In this document: in pieces, positions 51,128 to 62,132 of the stretch
Layout of the letters: every line of letters begins with the position of its first letter
How positions within the stretch are numbered: the first letter of the stretch is position 1
Source of the DNA: Mobula hypostoma
Lineage: Eukaryota
Assembly (NCBI RefSeq): GCF_963921235.1
Contig: NC_086097.1
Coordinates: forward strand, 86,182,001-86,246,000
Direction of reading: 5' to 3'
Length of the DNA: 64,000 bases
The notes under the pieces: model-generated
What the model was told of the DNA's origin: nothing
The model's input: only the letters and a program-made list of their open reading frames with translations
Databases searched by the model: none
Made by a program: the position numbers and the translations under genes

Positions 51128-51973
51128 TTATCATTGTTTATGAACCAGTAAAATCATCCATTTTTTGCCTTTTTATAAAACTGAATGTTTTGTTCTCCCC
51201 CTTTGAAGAAAAAATACATGTTTTTTTTTTAAAAACTCAAACATCTCATTATGCCTCAACAGTTAGGTAATCATCTCAGATTTGTTTAAAACCTCCTCAT
51301 TGTCACTATTATGTTGTGTAACTCCAAAACATAAAACTAATTGAAGGCAAAATGATGGAGACAGGAATAACATGTCTAATTTCATTTTTCTTGAAGCAAA
51401 GCTCTTGCATATAGCATGGTGGCATAAGATAAATGCCATACAACCCACAACTTAACAACAAAGAATGCTTAATCAAAAAATATATTTCCAATATTACTTA
51501 AATATTACTGAAATATTAAATACACAAGAGTTTGCTAAGAAATTTCTATCACAGCTTTAAATGACTATTCTCCAGTCTTGTAACTATGCCCTCTTGTCAA
51601 AGACTTTCCTACTTCAGCATCTACCCAGCCATATCCCCTTTAGCATTTTAGATATTTCAATAAAACTAACCCTCATTTTTCCCAAACTCCAAAAGTACAG
51701 ATATAACTCCTTTAGCCACGATGGTGGGACAAACTTTTTCGTCCTAGGAATTAACCTCAAGAATTCCCTTTGGGCTACCTTCAATGCTAGCATATTTATG
51801 CTTAAGGAGGAAGCTAAAACTGAATGTACTACTCAGTGAGTTTCAATAAGTGCATTTAATGTCAGAGAAATGTATACAATATACATCCTGAAATTCTTTT
51901 TCTTTGCAGACCTCCACGAAAACAAAGGAAAGCCCCAAAGAATAAATGACAGTTAAAACATTAGAACCCCCAA

Positions 51974-52225
51974 CCGTAAACACAAAATAACCTGCAGATG
52001 CTGGGGTCAAAGCAACACTCACAACACGCTGGAGGAACTCTGCAGGTCGGGCAGCATCCGTGGAAAAGATCAGTCGACGTTTCGGGTCGGAACCCTTCGT
52101 CAGGACGTTTTGGGCCGGAACACTTCGTTAGGTCCTGACGAAGGGTTCTTGCCCGAAATGTCGACTGATCTTTTCCACGGATGCTGCCCGACCTGCTGAG
52201 TTCCTCCAGCATGTTGTGAGTGTTG
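51974..52225. mobile_element. Penelope-derived 252-bp fold-back mini-element with three hammerhead cores
   Basis: Perfect 14-bp TSD ATTAGAACCCCCAA (51960-73 / 52226-39); 94-bp inverted arms 52013-52106 / 52132-52225. Confidence 0.92.
52071..52106 (-). ncRNA. Minimal type I hammerhead ribozyme, intact core
   Basis: Minus strand GUC-CUGACGA-A-GGGU-UCCG-ACCC-GAAA-CGUC^GACUG: CUGANGA and GAAA boxes, stem II, palindromic ACGU stem III, GUC cleavage triplet, stem I GUC/GAC. Confidence 0.85.
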
Positions 52226-53177
52226 ATTAGAACCCCCAATGTCCCTCCCACATACAAGCAGCAGCAGGGCAACAACCCTCCACCCCCACCAGCAACAAAG
52301 CATCAGCACCCTCCAGGTGGGACTAACAAGACTTCCCTATTTCTGAGCTACAGCATCCCTGCCAAAGAAGTCAATATTCTGCTTGCCTCCCCAACTACCT
52401 GCTGCAACTGCCCGCTAACCTTTCGTGATTCATCCATATGAAAGGTCTAATGCCTCTGCGCTCCATTCATCTACATAAATAGCAACAAAACAACATAGAA
52501 ATTGTCTCTTTAAACCACAGATGCAAAAGCAGATACTGACCTAAGCATAATGTTTGTCTTCTGGTACTTTTAAATGACAGTTTGAATCATATTGTACAGT
52601 CACCGTGAACTTGAACTTTTGCAAATAGTATCAGCAGACCTCAAAGACCGACTGCTATCTTCCGAATGTTTGGAAAGATTTGGGTTAATGCTGCAAGGGA
52701 TTTTATATTTGAAAGAATGAATATCCCTGAAAATCTCATGAGGAAAAGCATTCTAAGACATCGTTATATACAATGATCTGACAAACTGTCAGAAATTGGG
52801 TTACCTTGGAAGATATCAAATAGTTCACACATTTCCCCTACACGAGGATTTTCAATGTCGTTACATGAAGCAACAATATTCTAAAATCTAGCTGATTTTA
52901 TGCAATGTGGATCACCATTTGAAACTTCCCTGGCATATAAATAGAGCATCATTTTCTTTCCATTTTCAGCTAAAGTTTTTCTTCCGATCAGTCACGTGGA
53001 ACTATGGTTACCATCCTGAGTGATTTTTGTGATTTTCCAACTTATGGGCAATGTCAATAATGGACAAGATGTACTGATTGACTTCTGTGGAAACAGAACA
53101 TGTCCATAACTTGGGGACTGTAATTCATTACCAGAAAAGTCCTTCAGAGCATCTGAACATTTGAATGCTGCTGTGTA

Positions 53178-53580
53178 TTTTCTTTCTTTCTGGTTGGAAT
53201 CCGTCTGTCTCGAAGGACAACGGGTGATTATCATCATCATCACAAGCCTGGGCAGGAGGTATGGAGATCCTGAGATGTCCGCTCATCAAGATCCCCTTCT
53301 CTGCCTCACCATTGTAGTCCAAAGAAAAGCTTATGAAGCTATACGTTCGGCACCAGCTTGGCTGCAGGAGCTGCCGGAAGGATGTTCGATAACTTCCAGC
53401 CGCCTTAGGGGCTCCCCTCCGGATTTGCTGTCTGGGTTTACTCCGGTAGCCTTCGTCCCTCCTGAGGCTGCACGCAAGGCAGTGGGGCTATTTATCCACA
53501 GCTGGGGATCTGCTTCATCAGCACCAGGGCATGTACACAAGCTGAAACTGAGAGGACAAGCGCTAACTACTACACTACCA
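53178..53580 (-). mobile_element. Bipartite RTE-derived SINE-like element (tRNA-like head, RTE 5' UTR, RTE 3' tail)
   Basis: Minus: TGGTAGTGTAGTAGTTAGC (A-box-like), then GTAAACCCAGACAGCAAATCCGGAGGGGAGCCCCTAAGGCGG...CCTGCCCAGGCTTG, then ATCACCCGTTGTCCTTCGAGACAGACGGATTCCAACCAGAAAGAAAG tail; no ORF. Confidence 0.6.
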
Positions 53581-53829
53581 CACCAGACGTGTCACAACAA
53601 CCATTCCAATATCAGCTCAGGGCACCAGTGACAATGCAATGGGAATTCAGTGTTGGAACTGCATAACCCAGAGCCACTCTGAGAGGTTCCACAATGTAAT
53701 AGAAAGACCACAATTACAAAAGTACTCAAAATGTATTTGGAATTGATTTAATACTGGCTCCATTATAAGAACATGTCATACATACATAATTCTATTCCTC
53801 ATATCTAATATATGGTAGAATGTTTTATA

Positions 53830-54385
53830 TCTTCTTAGCCATTTCCTTGGGATCATGGATGGCTTGCTTTTGCTCCTATTTTATGGATTCTGGTATGGCT
53901 GATGAGGCCAATGTGAAATTACAGACTCTTCCGCAGATGGGACCTGACCAGGAGGACAAGTGCATAGTTTGTGGCATTATGCACATCATCCCACCAGATA
54001 TGCAAGCTTCCTTTGTGCATCTGATGCATGGACTTGAGATTCTTAGTACCATTCTGAATGCACCTTCTCCACCTTAAGCAGGTGTGGGGCAGATTTACCC
54101 AGGCGACAGGGGGTTGTTGCATGCATTTATTCTAGGATGCTTTAAGCATATCCTTGAATCTATTCTTCTGTCGGCCTTTTCACCTTCTCCCAAGACAGAG
54201 CTTGGAATAGAATAACTCTTTCGGAAGTCTGGTGTCAAGCATGCAAATGACATGTTCTGTTCAGCTGACTGACTAAATGTAACTAGGGCTTCAGTGCTGT
54301 AGATGTTATCCTGAGAGTGGATTCGTTTTGCCTTTCAGAATTTTAAGGATTTGATGGTATTTTTCCAGTTCCTTAAGGTATCTCT
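53830..54385 (-). mobile_element. Old RTE LINE 3' fragment
   Basis: Reverse strand encodes decayed HVICMLDTRLPKELFYS; shares motifs with 26760-27040. Confidence 0.6.
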
Positions 54386-54744
54386 ACATAAAGCACTCTA
54401 TTTATCTGACATTCCAAAATCCAAAAACCTCCGAAATCCAATTTTTTTTTTTTGGAGCGCTGACATGACATCACAAATGGAAAATTCCATAAGGAGTTGG
54501 GAAGGTTCCCAGGTAATGCGCAGGTCTCTGTGCATACAGACAGTTCTGAGGAGTGACCTCACATATGTACTGAACAGAAGATAATGACAAATGGAAAAAC
54601 ACACATAAAGTGAAAAAAGATCTTGATCATGTATTGAAAAAGCGACAGAGTGAACATATTCCTCTTAACAGTATGCTGCTCATGAAGCAAGTGAAGATCT
54701 ACCACAAGGACCTGAAAATTGAAGGTAATTGTGAATATTCAGCA

Positions 54745-55003
54745 AGCAACAGGAATTCTGCAGATGCTGGAAATTCGAGCAACACACATCAAAGTTGCTG
54801 GTGAACGCAGCAGGCCAGGCAGCATCTCTAGGAAGAGGTACAGTTGACGTTTCGGGCCGAGACCCTTCATCAGGACTAACTGAAGGAAGAGTTAGTAAGA
54901 GATTTAGGGACCTCTTACTAACTCTTCCTTCAGTTAGTCCTGACAAAGGGTCTCGGCCTGAAATGTCGACTGTACCTCTTCCTAGAGATGCTGCCTGGCC
55001 TGC
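54745..55003. mobile_element. Penelope-derived 259-bp fold-back mini-element with twin hammerheads
   Basis: Perfect 15-bp TSD TGTGAATATTCAGCA (54730-44 / 55004-18); 94-bp inverted arms 54808-54901 / 54912-55005 with a 10-nt loop. Confidence 0.93.
54841..54882 (-). ncRNA. Minimal type I hammerhead ribozyme (core intact, one CpG transition in stem I); mirror copy on + at 54931-54972 is CpG-decayed
   Basis: Minus strand AGUC-CUGAUGA-A-GGG-UCUCGG-CCC-GAAA-CGUC^AACUG. Confidence 0.8.
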
Positions 55004-57303
55004 TGTGAATATTCAGCAGGCTGGTTGCAGGAATTAAAGTAAAGGTATGGCATTACATTTTTGAAGATTTGTGGTGATAAAGCTTCTGCTGATCATGAAG
55101 CAACAGAGAAATTCATAGATGAGTTTGCTGAGATCATCGCTGATGGAGATCTAACATGCTGAACAGTTGCATCAATATATATGTGTGATGGAGAAGTGTA
55201 CGACAAAGACTGGTTATTGGTAGCACATAAATTCAGAGTCAAGAATGATATCAAACAGCCACTGACTGTCCACCTGGGCGGCTGAGGTAGTGATAGCTTA
55301 CCTTTCTGATGATTTAGTGTACAAATGATTAAAAATATTATACCTTCCGAGTATATGTACTGTATAATTTATGCAATATAAATGGATTTTGTCTTTAGGC
55401 TTGGGTCCCACCCCAAAGCTATCGCATTATATGGATGCAAATATTCCAAATTCCGAAAAAAGCTGAAATCCGAATCCCTTCCAGCCCCAAGCATTTTGGA
55501 CAAATGAACCTGTAGTTCATTCCAACTTCTTAGTAAGTTTAATGTTGCGATCCTGCATTCCAATACAACTTACATTGCAAAGTAAAGGAGTGACAGCCTG
55601 TCTACCTCATTCCATTAGGATTAACTTGCATATTTCTGGACGCCACAAATCCTTGTCGCCACAACAGCTCTCGATACACTCACATCTTTTTGTTGATTTC
55701 TTTCTAAAATCTGCTCAAACTTTTGAATAATATCCCGTTATCACCAACCTCTTTATAGAAACTCTTGGCCAAGTCAGCCATGGATACAGCTCAGTGAAGG
55801 GTAACTTGAAAATAGCTGAGCAACCATGGAAAGAGATTTTCTTATCATTCTTTGGCTGTATTATCATTTATTGTGCACCACCAGTGATCCTGGGGAGATG
55901 ATGGTCACTCCTCTACTTAATCCCTGTAATTACAGTTGCAGCAATCTCCCCAGCCCATGGAAGTGTTAGGTAGTGGGTTCTGGATTTTGATCAAATGACA
56001 ATGAAGTGGGCAATATTTACACTATGCAAGAACAATGGATAAACTTGGGAGGTGTTGCCAAACACTGGAGACTAAATTTACAATAACCATTTGTACCACT
56101 ATGGTCACAAAGCCTTCTTTCTCCACTGTATCTCCAAAGTGAAACTTTATTTTGCATCGGCATCCTTCAGTTAGGTAAAGAAAGACGAGATAAATCAATC
56201 ATTTCCATTGCAGTGATCTAATGACAGTCTCATTCACTATTGGGGCAGCCACTTGGACAGTATTCTTTGGGAGTGCAACATTCACACATAAGGAACCATG
56301 ACCAACTATCAGAGATGCTGGTAAGCTGGGGAACAAAATGCCTCACTCACACATTTTAATTGCCATAACCAATCAGGAACAAAAATAACTCAAGGGATGC
56401 ATTCAAGCTTGCCACAGTGTAAAAGCTATTGACATTGGTATACCTAATTAGAATTAGCATACTAAATTGGGTTCACCTGGAGACAATCTAACTAAGTATT
56501 CATTGCAGCAAATTTTGTGACGTAATAAGACGAATCTTGGGAAATGTTCAAATTGACATCTGTTCTTGTTTCCTCTCTGACCTTGAGTGAGGGCAGAGAT
56601 CGAATAGTAATTCACTTACGCAGTTAGACAGAATTCACCTTCTACTGTTGGGACTGGCCAATCAGAAGTTCGGACATAAGTTCAGAATAAGATCAAAATA
56701 GAGATATCTTGTAGTGGGAAATGGAGCCGAGCAGGCATATTACAGAATGGAAGAATCGATGACATTCCTGATATATTTTTAAACATGCAACACTTTCCAT
56801 AAAAGATGCAGGGTGATTAAATGTTTGCTGTGAAGCACTACTGACAGCTGCTCCTGGTTCATCCATGTCTGATAGTTTCACTGGTATTTATAAAGACGCA
56901 GAAGAAATCTCAACACATACCAAGGGCTGTTTTCTTAAATAAGTGAAGATTTTTTGCAATTTTCTTCAGAACTGCATCAGCATGAGGATGGGAACCGAAA
57001 TGGGGATATACAGCATCAGTTTTAAGTCATTAATTGGATCCAAATTCAGTTTAGACTAAGAGTTGGAAAGATCTAGTGCAATGTACATCTGGGTTACATT
57101 TGATGTATTTTGGCTAGCACTCAATAGCCAGACCTTTTTAGGATGCAAGAGCAGATGGTCTGAAACCTGACATTAAGCCACAAGTAGCAGGAACCAGCAT
57201 CTGGGTCTATATTAACACCATCACAGCTGAGTCAAAAGGCCTTAGGTTTAAAGTCCATCTCCAGAAACTTCAGAACACCATCTGTACTAACACAGAAGTT
57301 CTC

Positions 57304-57690
57304 AGAATCAAATTTATTATCATTGATATATGACATGAAAACTGTTGTTTTGAAGTACATGACCTGATAATTACTTCAAATTACAAATTAAAATAAAGCG
57401 TACAATGAAAAAGGAAATAATGATATGGTGTTCATGGGTTCATATACCACAGAGGAACCTGATTGCGGATGGGAGAAGCTGTTCCTAAAATATTCCAGGA
57501 AGTGTAGGATTTCAGCCTCCTGCACCCCCTTTCCAATGGTAATAACGAGTAGAAGGTATGATTCAGACTGTGAAGGTTCTTCGTGATGGATGCCAGCTTT
57601 TTGAGACAACGCTTCTCAAAAATATCCTTGATGGCGGGGAGGGTTATGTCTGTGATGGAGTTGGCTGAGTCTACAAGTGCTGCTCTTGCA
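57304..57690 (-). mobile_element. Rex1/Babar 3' fragment
   Basis: Tail AGAATCAAATTTATTATCATTGA; SANSITDITLPAIKDIFEKRCLKKLASI. Confidence 0.75.
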
Positions 57691-57748
57691 CACATCTCAT
57701 CACAAACAAGAGAAAATCTGCAGATGCTGGAAATCCAAGTAACACACA

Positions 57749-60634
57749 GGTAGGTTTGCTAGAGAGGCTCCAGTGGATTTAAACTAGATACAAGGGGGGA
57801 GGGGAAGAAAAAGAAAATAGTAAAGTTGTTTGCACCATTGGTGATAAACAGAGAGTAAGAGGTAGAAAATTTCTTAAATGCATTTATTTTAATGCGAGGA
57901 GCATTATAAGAAAGGTGGATGAGCTTAGGGCATAGATTGATACCTGGAAGCATGATGTTGTAACTATGAGTGAAACATGGTTGCAGGAGGGGTGTGATTG
58001 GCAACTAAATATTCCTGGATTTCATTGCTTCAGGTGTAATAGAATGGGAGGGACAAGAGGGGGAGGTGTTGCATTGCTTGTCAGAAAATATTACAGCAGT
58101 GCTCTGGCAGGATAGATTAGAGGGCTCATCTAGGGAGGCTATTTGGGTGGAATTGAGGAATGGGAAAGGTGTAGTAACACTTATAGGGGTGTATTATAGA
58201 CCACCTAATGGGGAGCAAGAAGTGGAGGAGCAAATTTGTAAGGAGATAGCGGATATTTGTAGTAAGCACAAGGCTGTGATTGCAGGAGATTTTAATTTTC
58301 CACACATAGACTGGGAAGCACAAACTGTAAAAGGGCTGGATAGTTTGGAGTTTGTAAAATGTGTGCAGGATAGTTTTTTGCAGCAATGCATAGAGGTACC
58401 AACTAGAGAAGGGGCAGTGTTGGATCTCCTGTTAGAGAATGAGATAGGTCAGGTGATGGAGGTATGTGTTGGGGAGCTCTTTGGATCCAGTGATCACAAT
58501 GCCATTAGTTTCAATATAATTAAGGAGAAGGATAGGTCTGGACCCAGGGTTGAGATTTTTGATTGGAGAAAGGCTAACTCTGAGGAGATGCGAAAGGATT
58601 TAGAAGGAGTGAATTGGGACAAATTGTTTTATGGGAAGGATGTAATAGAGAAATGGAGGTCATTTAAAGGTGAAATTTTGAGGGTACAGAATCTTAGGTT
58701 GAAAGGAAAGGTTAAAAGTTTGAGAGAGCCATGGTTTTCAAGGGACATTGGAAACTTGGTTCAGAAAAAAGAGAGGTATCTACAATATATATAGACAGCA
58801 TGGAGTCAATGAGGTGTTCGAGGAATATAAAGAATGTAAAAAGAATCTTAAGAAAGAAATTAGAAAAGCTAAAAGAAGATATGAGGTTGCTTTGGCAAGT
58901 AAGGTGAAAATAAATCCAAAGGGTTTCTATAGTCATATTAATAGCAAAAGGAGAGTGAGGGATAAAATTGGTCCCTTAGAGAATCAGCGTGGATGGCTAT
59001 GTGCGGAGCCAAAAGAGATGGGGGAGATTTTGAACAATTTCTTTTCTTCGATATTCACTAAGGAGAAGGATACTGAATTGTGTAAGGTAAGGGAAACAGG
59101 TAGGGAAGTTATGGAAACTATGATGATTAAAGAAGAGGAAGTACTGGCGCTTTTAAGGAATGCAAAAGTAGGTAAGTCTCCGGGTCCTGACAGGATAGTC
59201 CCTAGGACCTTGAGGGAAATTAATGCAGAAATAGCAGGGTCTCTGACAGAAATATTTCAAATGTCATTAGAAATGGGGATGGTGCCTGAGGATTGTGTAT
59301 TGCTCATGTTGTTTCATTGTTTAAAAAGGGTTCTAAGAGTAAACCCTAGAAATTATCAGCCTGTGAGTTTAACGTCAGTGGTGGGTAATTTGATGGAAAG
59401 TATTCTTAGAGATGGTATATATAATCATCTGGATAGACAGGGTCTGATTAGGAACAGTCAACATGGATTTGTGTGTGGAAAGTCATGTTTGACAAATCTT
59501 ATTGAATTTTTTGAGGGTAAAGCGGTGGATGTTGTCTATATGGACTTCTGTAAGGCCTTTGTTTAAGTTCCACACAGAAGGTTAGTTAGGAAGGTTCAAT
59601 CGTTAGGTAATAATATTGAAGTAGTAAAATGGATTCAGCAATGGCTGGATGGGAGATTCCAGAGAGTAGTGGTGGATAACTGTGTGTCAGATTGGAGGAT
59701 GGTGTGTAGCGGTGTGCCTCAGGGATCTGTACTGCGTCCAATGTTGTTTGTCATATACATTAATAATCTGGATGAGAGGTGGTAAATTGGATTAGTAAGT
59801 ATGCAGATGATACTAAGATAGGTGGTGTTGTGGATAATGAAGTAGGTTTTCAAAACTTGCAGAGAGATTTAGGCCGGTTAGAAAAGTGGACTGAAAGATG
59901 GCAGATGGAGTTTAATGCTGATAAATGTAAGGTGTTACATTTTGGTAGGACTAATCAAAATAGGACATACTTGGTAAATGCTAGGGCATTGAAGAATGCA
60001 GTAGAACAGAGGGATCTAGGAATAATGGTGCATAGTTCCCTGAAGGTGGAATCTCATGTGGATAGGGTGGTGAAGGAAGCTTTAGGTATGCTGGCCTTTA
60101 TAAATCAGAGCATTGAGTATAGGAGTTGGGATGTAATGTTAAAATTGTACAAGGCATTGGTAAGACTAAATTTGGAGTATTGTGTACAGCTCTGGTCACC
60201 GCATTATAGGAAAGAAGTCAACAAAATGGAGAGAGTACAGAGAATATTTACTAGAATGTTACCTGGATTACAGAGAAGGGTTGAGCAAATTGGGTCTTTA
60301 TTCTTTGGAGCGTAGAAGGTTGAGCGGGGACTAAATAGAGGTATTTAAAATTATGAGGGGGATAGATAGAGTTGACTTGGATAGGCTTTTTCCATTGAGG
60401 GTAGGGGAGATTCAAACAAGAGGACATGAGTTGAGAGTTAGGGGGAAAAAGTTTAGGGGTAACATGAGGGGAACTTCTTTACTCAGAGAATGGTAGCTGT
60501 GTGGAACGAGCTTCCAGCAGAAGTGCTAGAGGCAGGTTCGATATTGTCATTTAAAGTAAAATTGGATAGCTATATGGACAGGAAAGGAATGGAGTGTTAT
60601 GGGCTGAGTGCAGGTTGGTGGGACTAGGTGAGAG
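57749..60634 (+). mobile_element. CR1 LINE ORF2 (EN plus RT), same subfamily as 20910-23224
   Basis: YFNARSI, GVYYRPP, GDFNFP, GSSDHN, KSPGPD, KYADD; peptides nearly identical to the 20924 ORF. Confidence 0.95.
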
Positions 60635-60639
60635 CTGAC

Positions 60640-61620
60640 AATGTTTCATATACAGCACATCATTCTCCATCACTTCTGCCATCTTCAAAGGGATCTTCAA
60701 TAGGACCTTGCCACTAAGCACGTGTTTAACTCCGTCTCCACTTTCCGGAGGGATCACTCTACTTGACTTCCCTGTCCACTCATCCATCCCTACTGATCTC
60801 CCTCCTGGCACTTATCACTATAAGTGTGACAAGTGCTAAATCTATCCCTAAACCTCCTCCCTCAAGACCATTCAGGGCTCCAACCAGTCCTTCTGGCTAG
60901 GGCAGCTCTTCAGCTACAAGTCTGTTGAGGTTATGTACTGAATCCAGTGCTCCCGGGCAGGGTGCTGGACATCAATGAGACCCGGCGCAGTTTGGGGGAC
61001 TACTTTGTTATGCATCTCCACCAAAGGCAGGATCTCCCAGTGGCTACTCATTTCAATTCAACTTCCCATCCCCATTCTCTCATGTCTGTCCATGGTCTCC
61101 TCTACTTCAACGATGAGGCCAAACTTAGGTTAGAGGATGAACATTTCATATTCCGTCAGGGTCACCTCCAACCTGACGGCATGAACATCAATTTCTCTAC
61201 CTTCCAGTAATTTCTCTCCCTCCCTCCTTCTCTCTTTTTCAAGTGCTCATTCTAATTATCTACCCACTCCCTCTCCTCTCACCTGCCCATCACCTGCTTC
61301 TGCATCTCCTTTTTCCCATTATTCTATGATACTCTCCTATTTGGTTCCTTCTTCTTCAGCTCTTTACCTCTTCTACCTACCCTCTCGCAGCTTCTCCTTC
61401 ATTCCCCTCCCTCACCATCCAACTTCCCCCCTCACTTGGTCTCACCAATCACTTGCCAGCTTGTACTCCTTGCCCTACCTCAACTTCTTATTTTGGCTTC
61501 TTCCCTCTTCCTTATCACCTCTGATGAAGGATCTTGACCCAAAATGTTGACTGTTTATTCTCCTCCATAGATGCTGCCTGACTTGCTGAGTTCCTCCAGC
61601 GTATTGTGGACGTTGCACAA
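60640..61620 (+). mobile_element. Penelope-like element 3' part (GIY-YIG remnant plus pLTR with decayed hammerhead ~61520-61552)
   Basis: DINETRRSLGD..QDLPVATHFNSTSH...LEDEHFIFRQGHLQPDGMNINF; CTGATGAAGGATCTTGACCCAAAATGTTGACTG; an isolated inverted pLTR tip lies at 57702-57748. Confidence 0.88.
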
Positions 61621-62132
61621 AATAGAGACTAAATGGTTATTTCATTACCGTTCACCAGATCATACTGTGTACCAAATGACCTCTGGTTTCTTAAATTACA
61701 ACAGTGGATATACCTCAAAAGTACAAGGAGCAAGTGTAGACGTGAATAATGATTTTTCAGTGGCTTGATGTCACATTGAATAGATAAATGGGTGATAATT
61801 ACAACAGCACTGCATTACGAAAGAACAGCAGCTCACTAGAGAAGTGTAAACTAAAACCATGCTTCAAGAATATAGCACAGTTTATAACTCAGAGTAGCCC
61901 AGGGGTTAACTCACTTGCGGCTAAGAGAAGCTCATTACCATGACAGTGAAGTTCAACCACTTTATCAATGTCATTTCACTCTGGAAGTGACTTGTCACTT
62001 AATGCACACTCCAGACTACACTAAACTTTAAAGCGAAATGTTTTGATCGTAAATTTACCTAACTTGTAATGTTTTAGTTGGGGAAGCAGGAATAGACAGT
62101 TGCCAGACTGGCATGGTACAGAAGCACAACAT

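Larger units (their letters stand above)
45537..51529 (-). mobile_element. Gypsy LTR retrotransposon with both LTRs (3' LTR 45537-45746, 5' LTR 51307-51529), internally deleted, split by CR1
   Basis: Perfect 5-bp TSD GTTTG (45532-36 / 51530-34); decayed PBS GTGACAATGAG after the 5' LTR; purine-rich PPT before the 3' LTR; gag MAGYI (48299), CYHCG knuckle, ELGTGSAV protease, DLAEAY / YQDD RT, FLGFVIYYNRFLPNLA. Confidence 0.9.
54387..55512 (+). mobile_element. Tigger4/MER46(Zombi)-like pogo transposon, internally deleted, split by a Penelope fold-back element
   Basis: (AAATCCG)-repeat ends, GCTGACATGACATCACAAATGGAAAATTCCA; transposase DLDHVLK..SEHIPLNSMLLMKQVKIYHKDLKIEGNCEYSA|GWLQ...LKICGDKASADHEATEKFIDEFAEIIAD; right end GAACCTG|TA. 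Confidence 0.85.

Noticed and set aside
52076..52167. Short repeats resembling a CRISPR or recombination-site array
   Set aside because: Eukaryotic context, no spacers or cas genes; the repeats are hammerhead cores of a Penelope pLTR.
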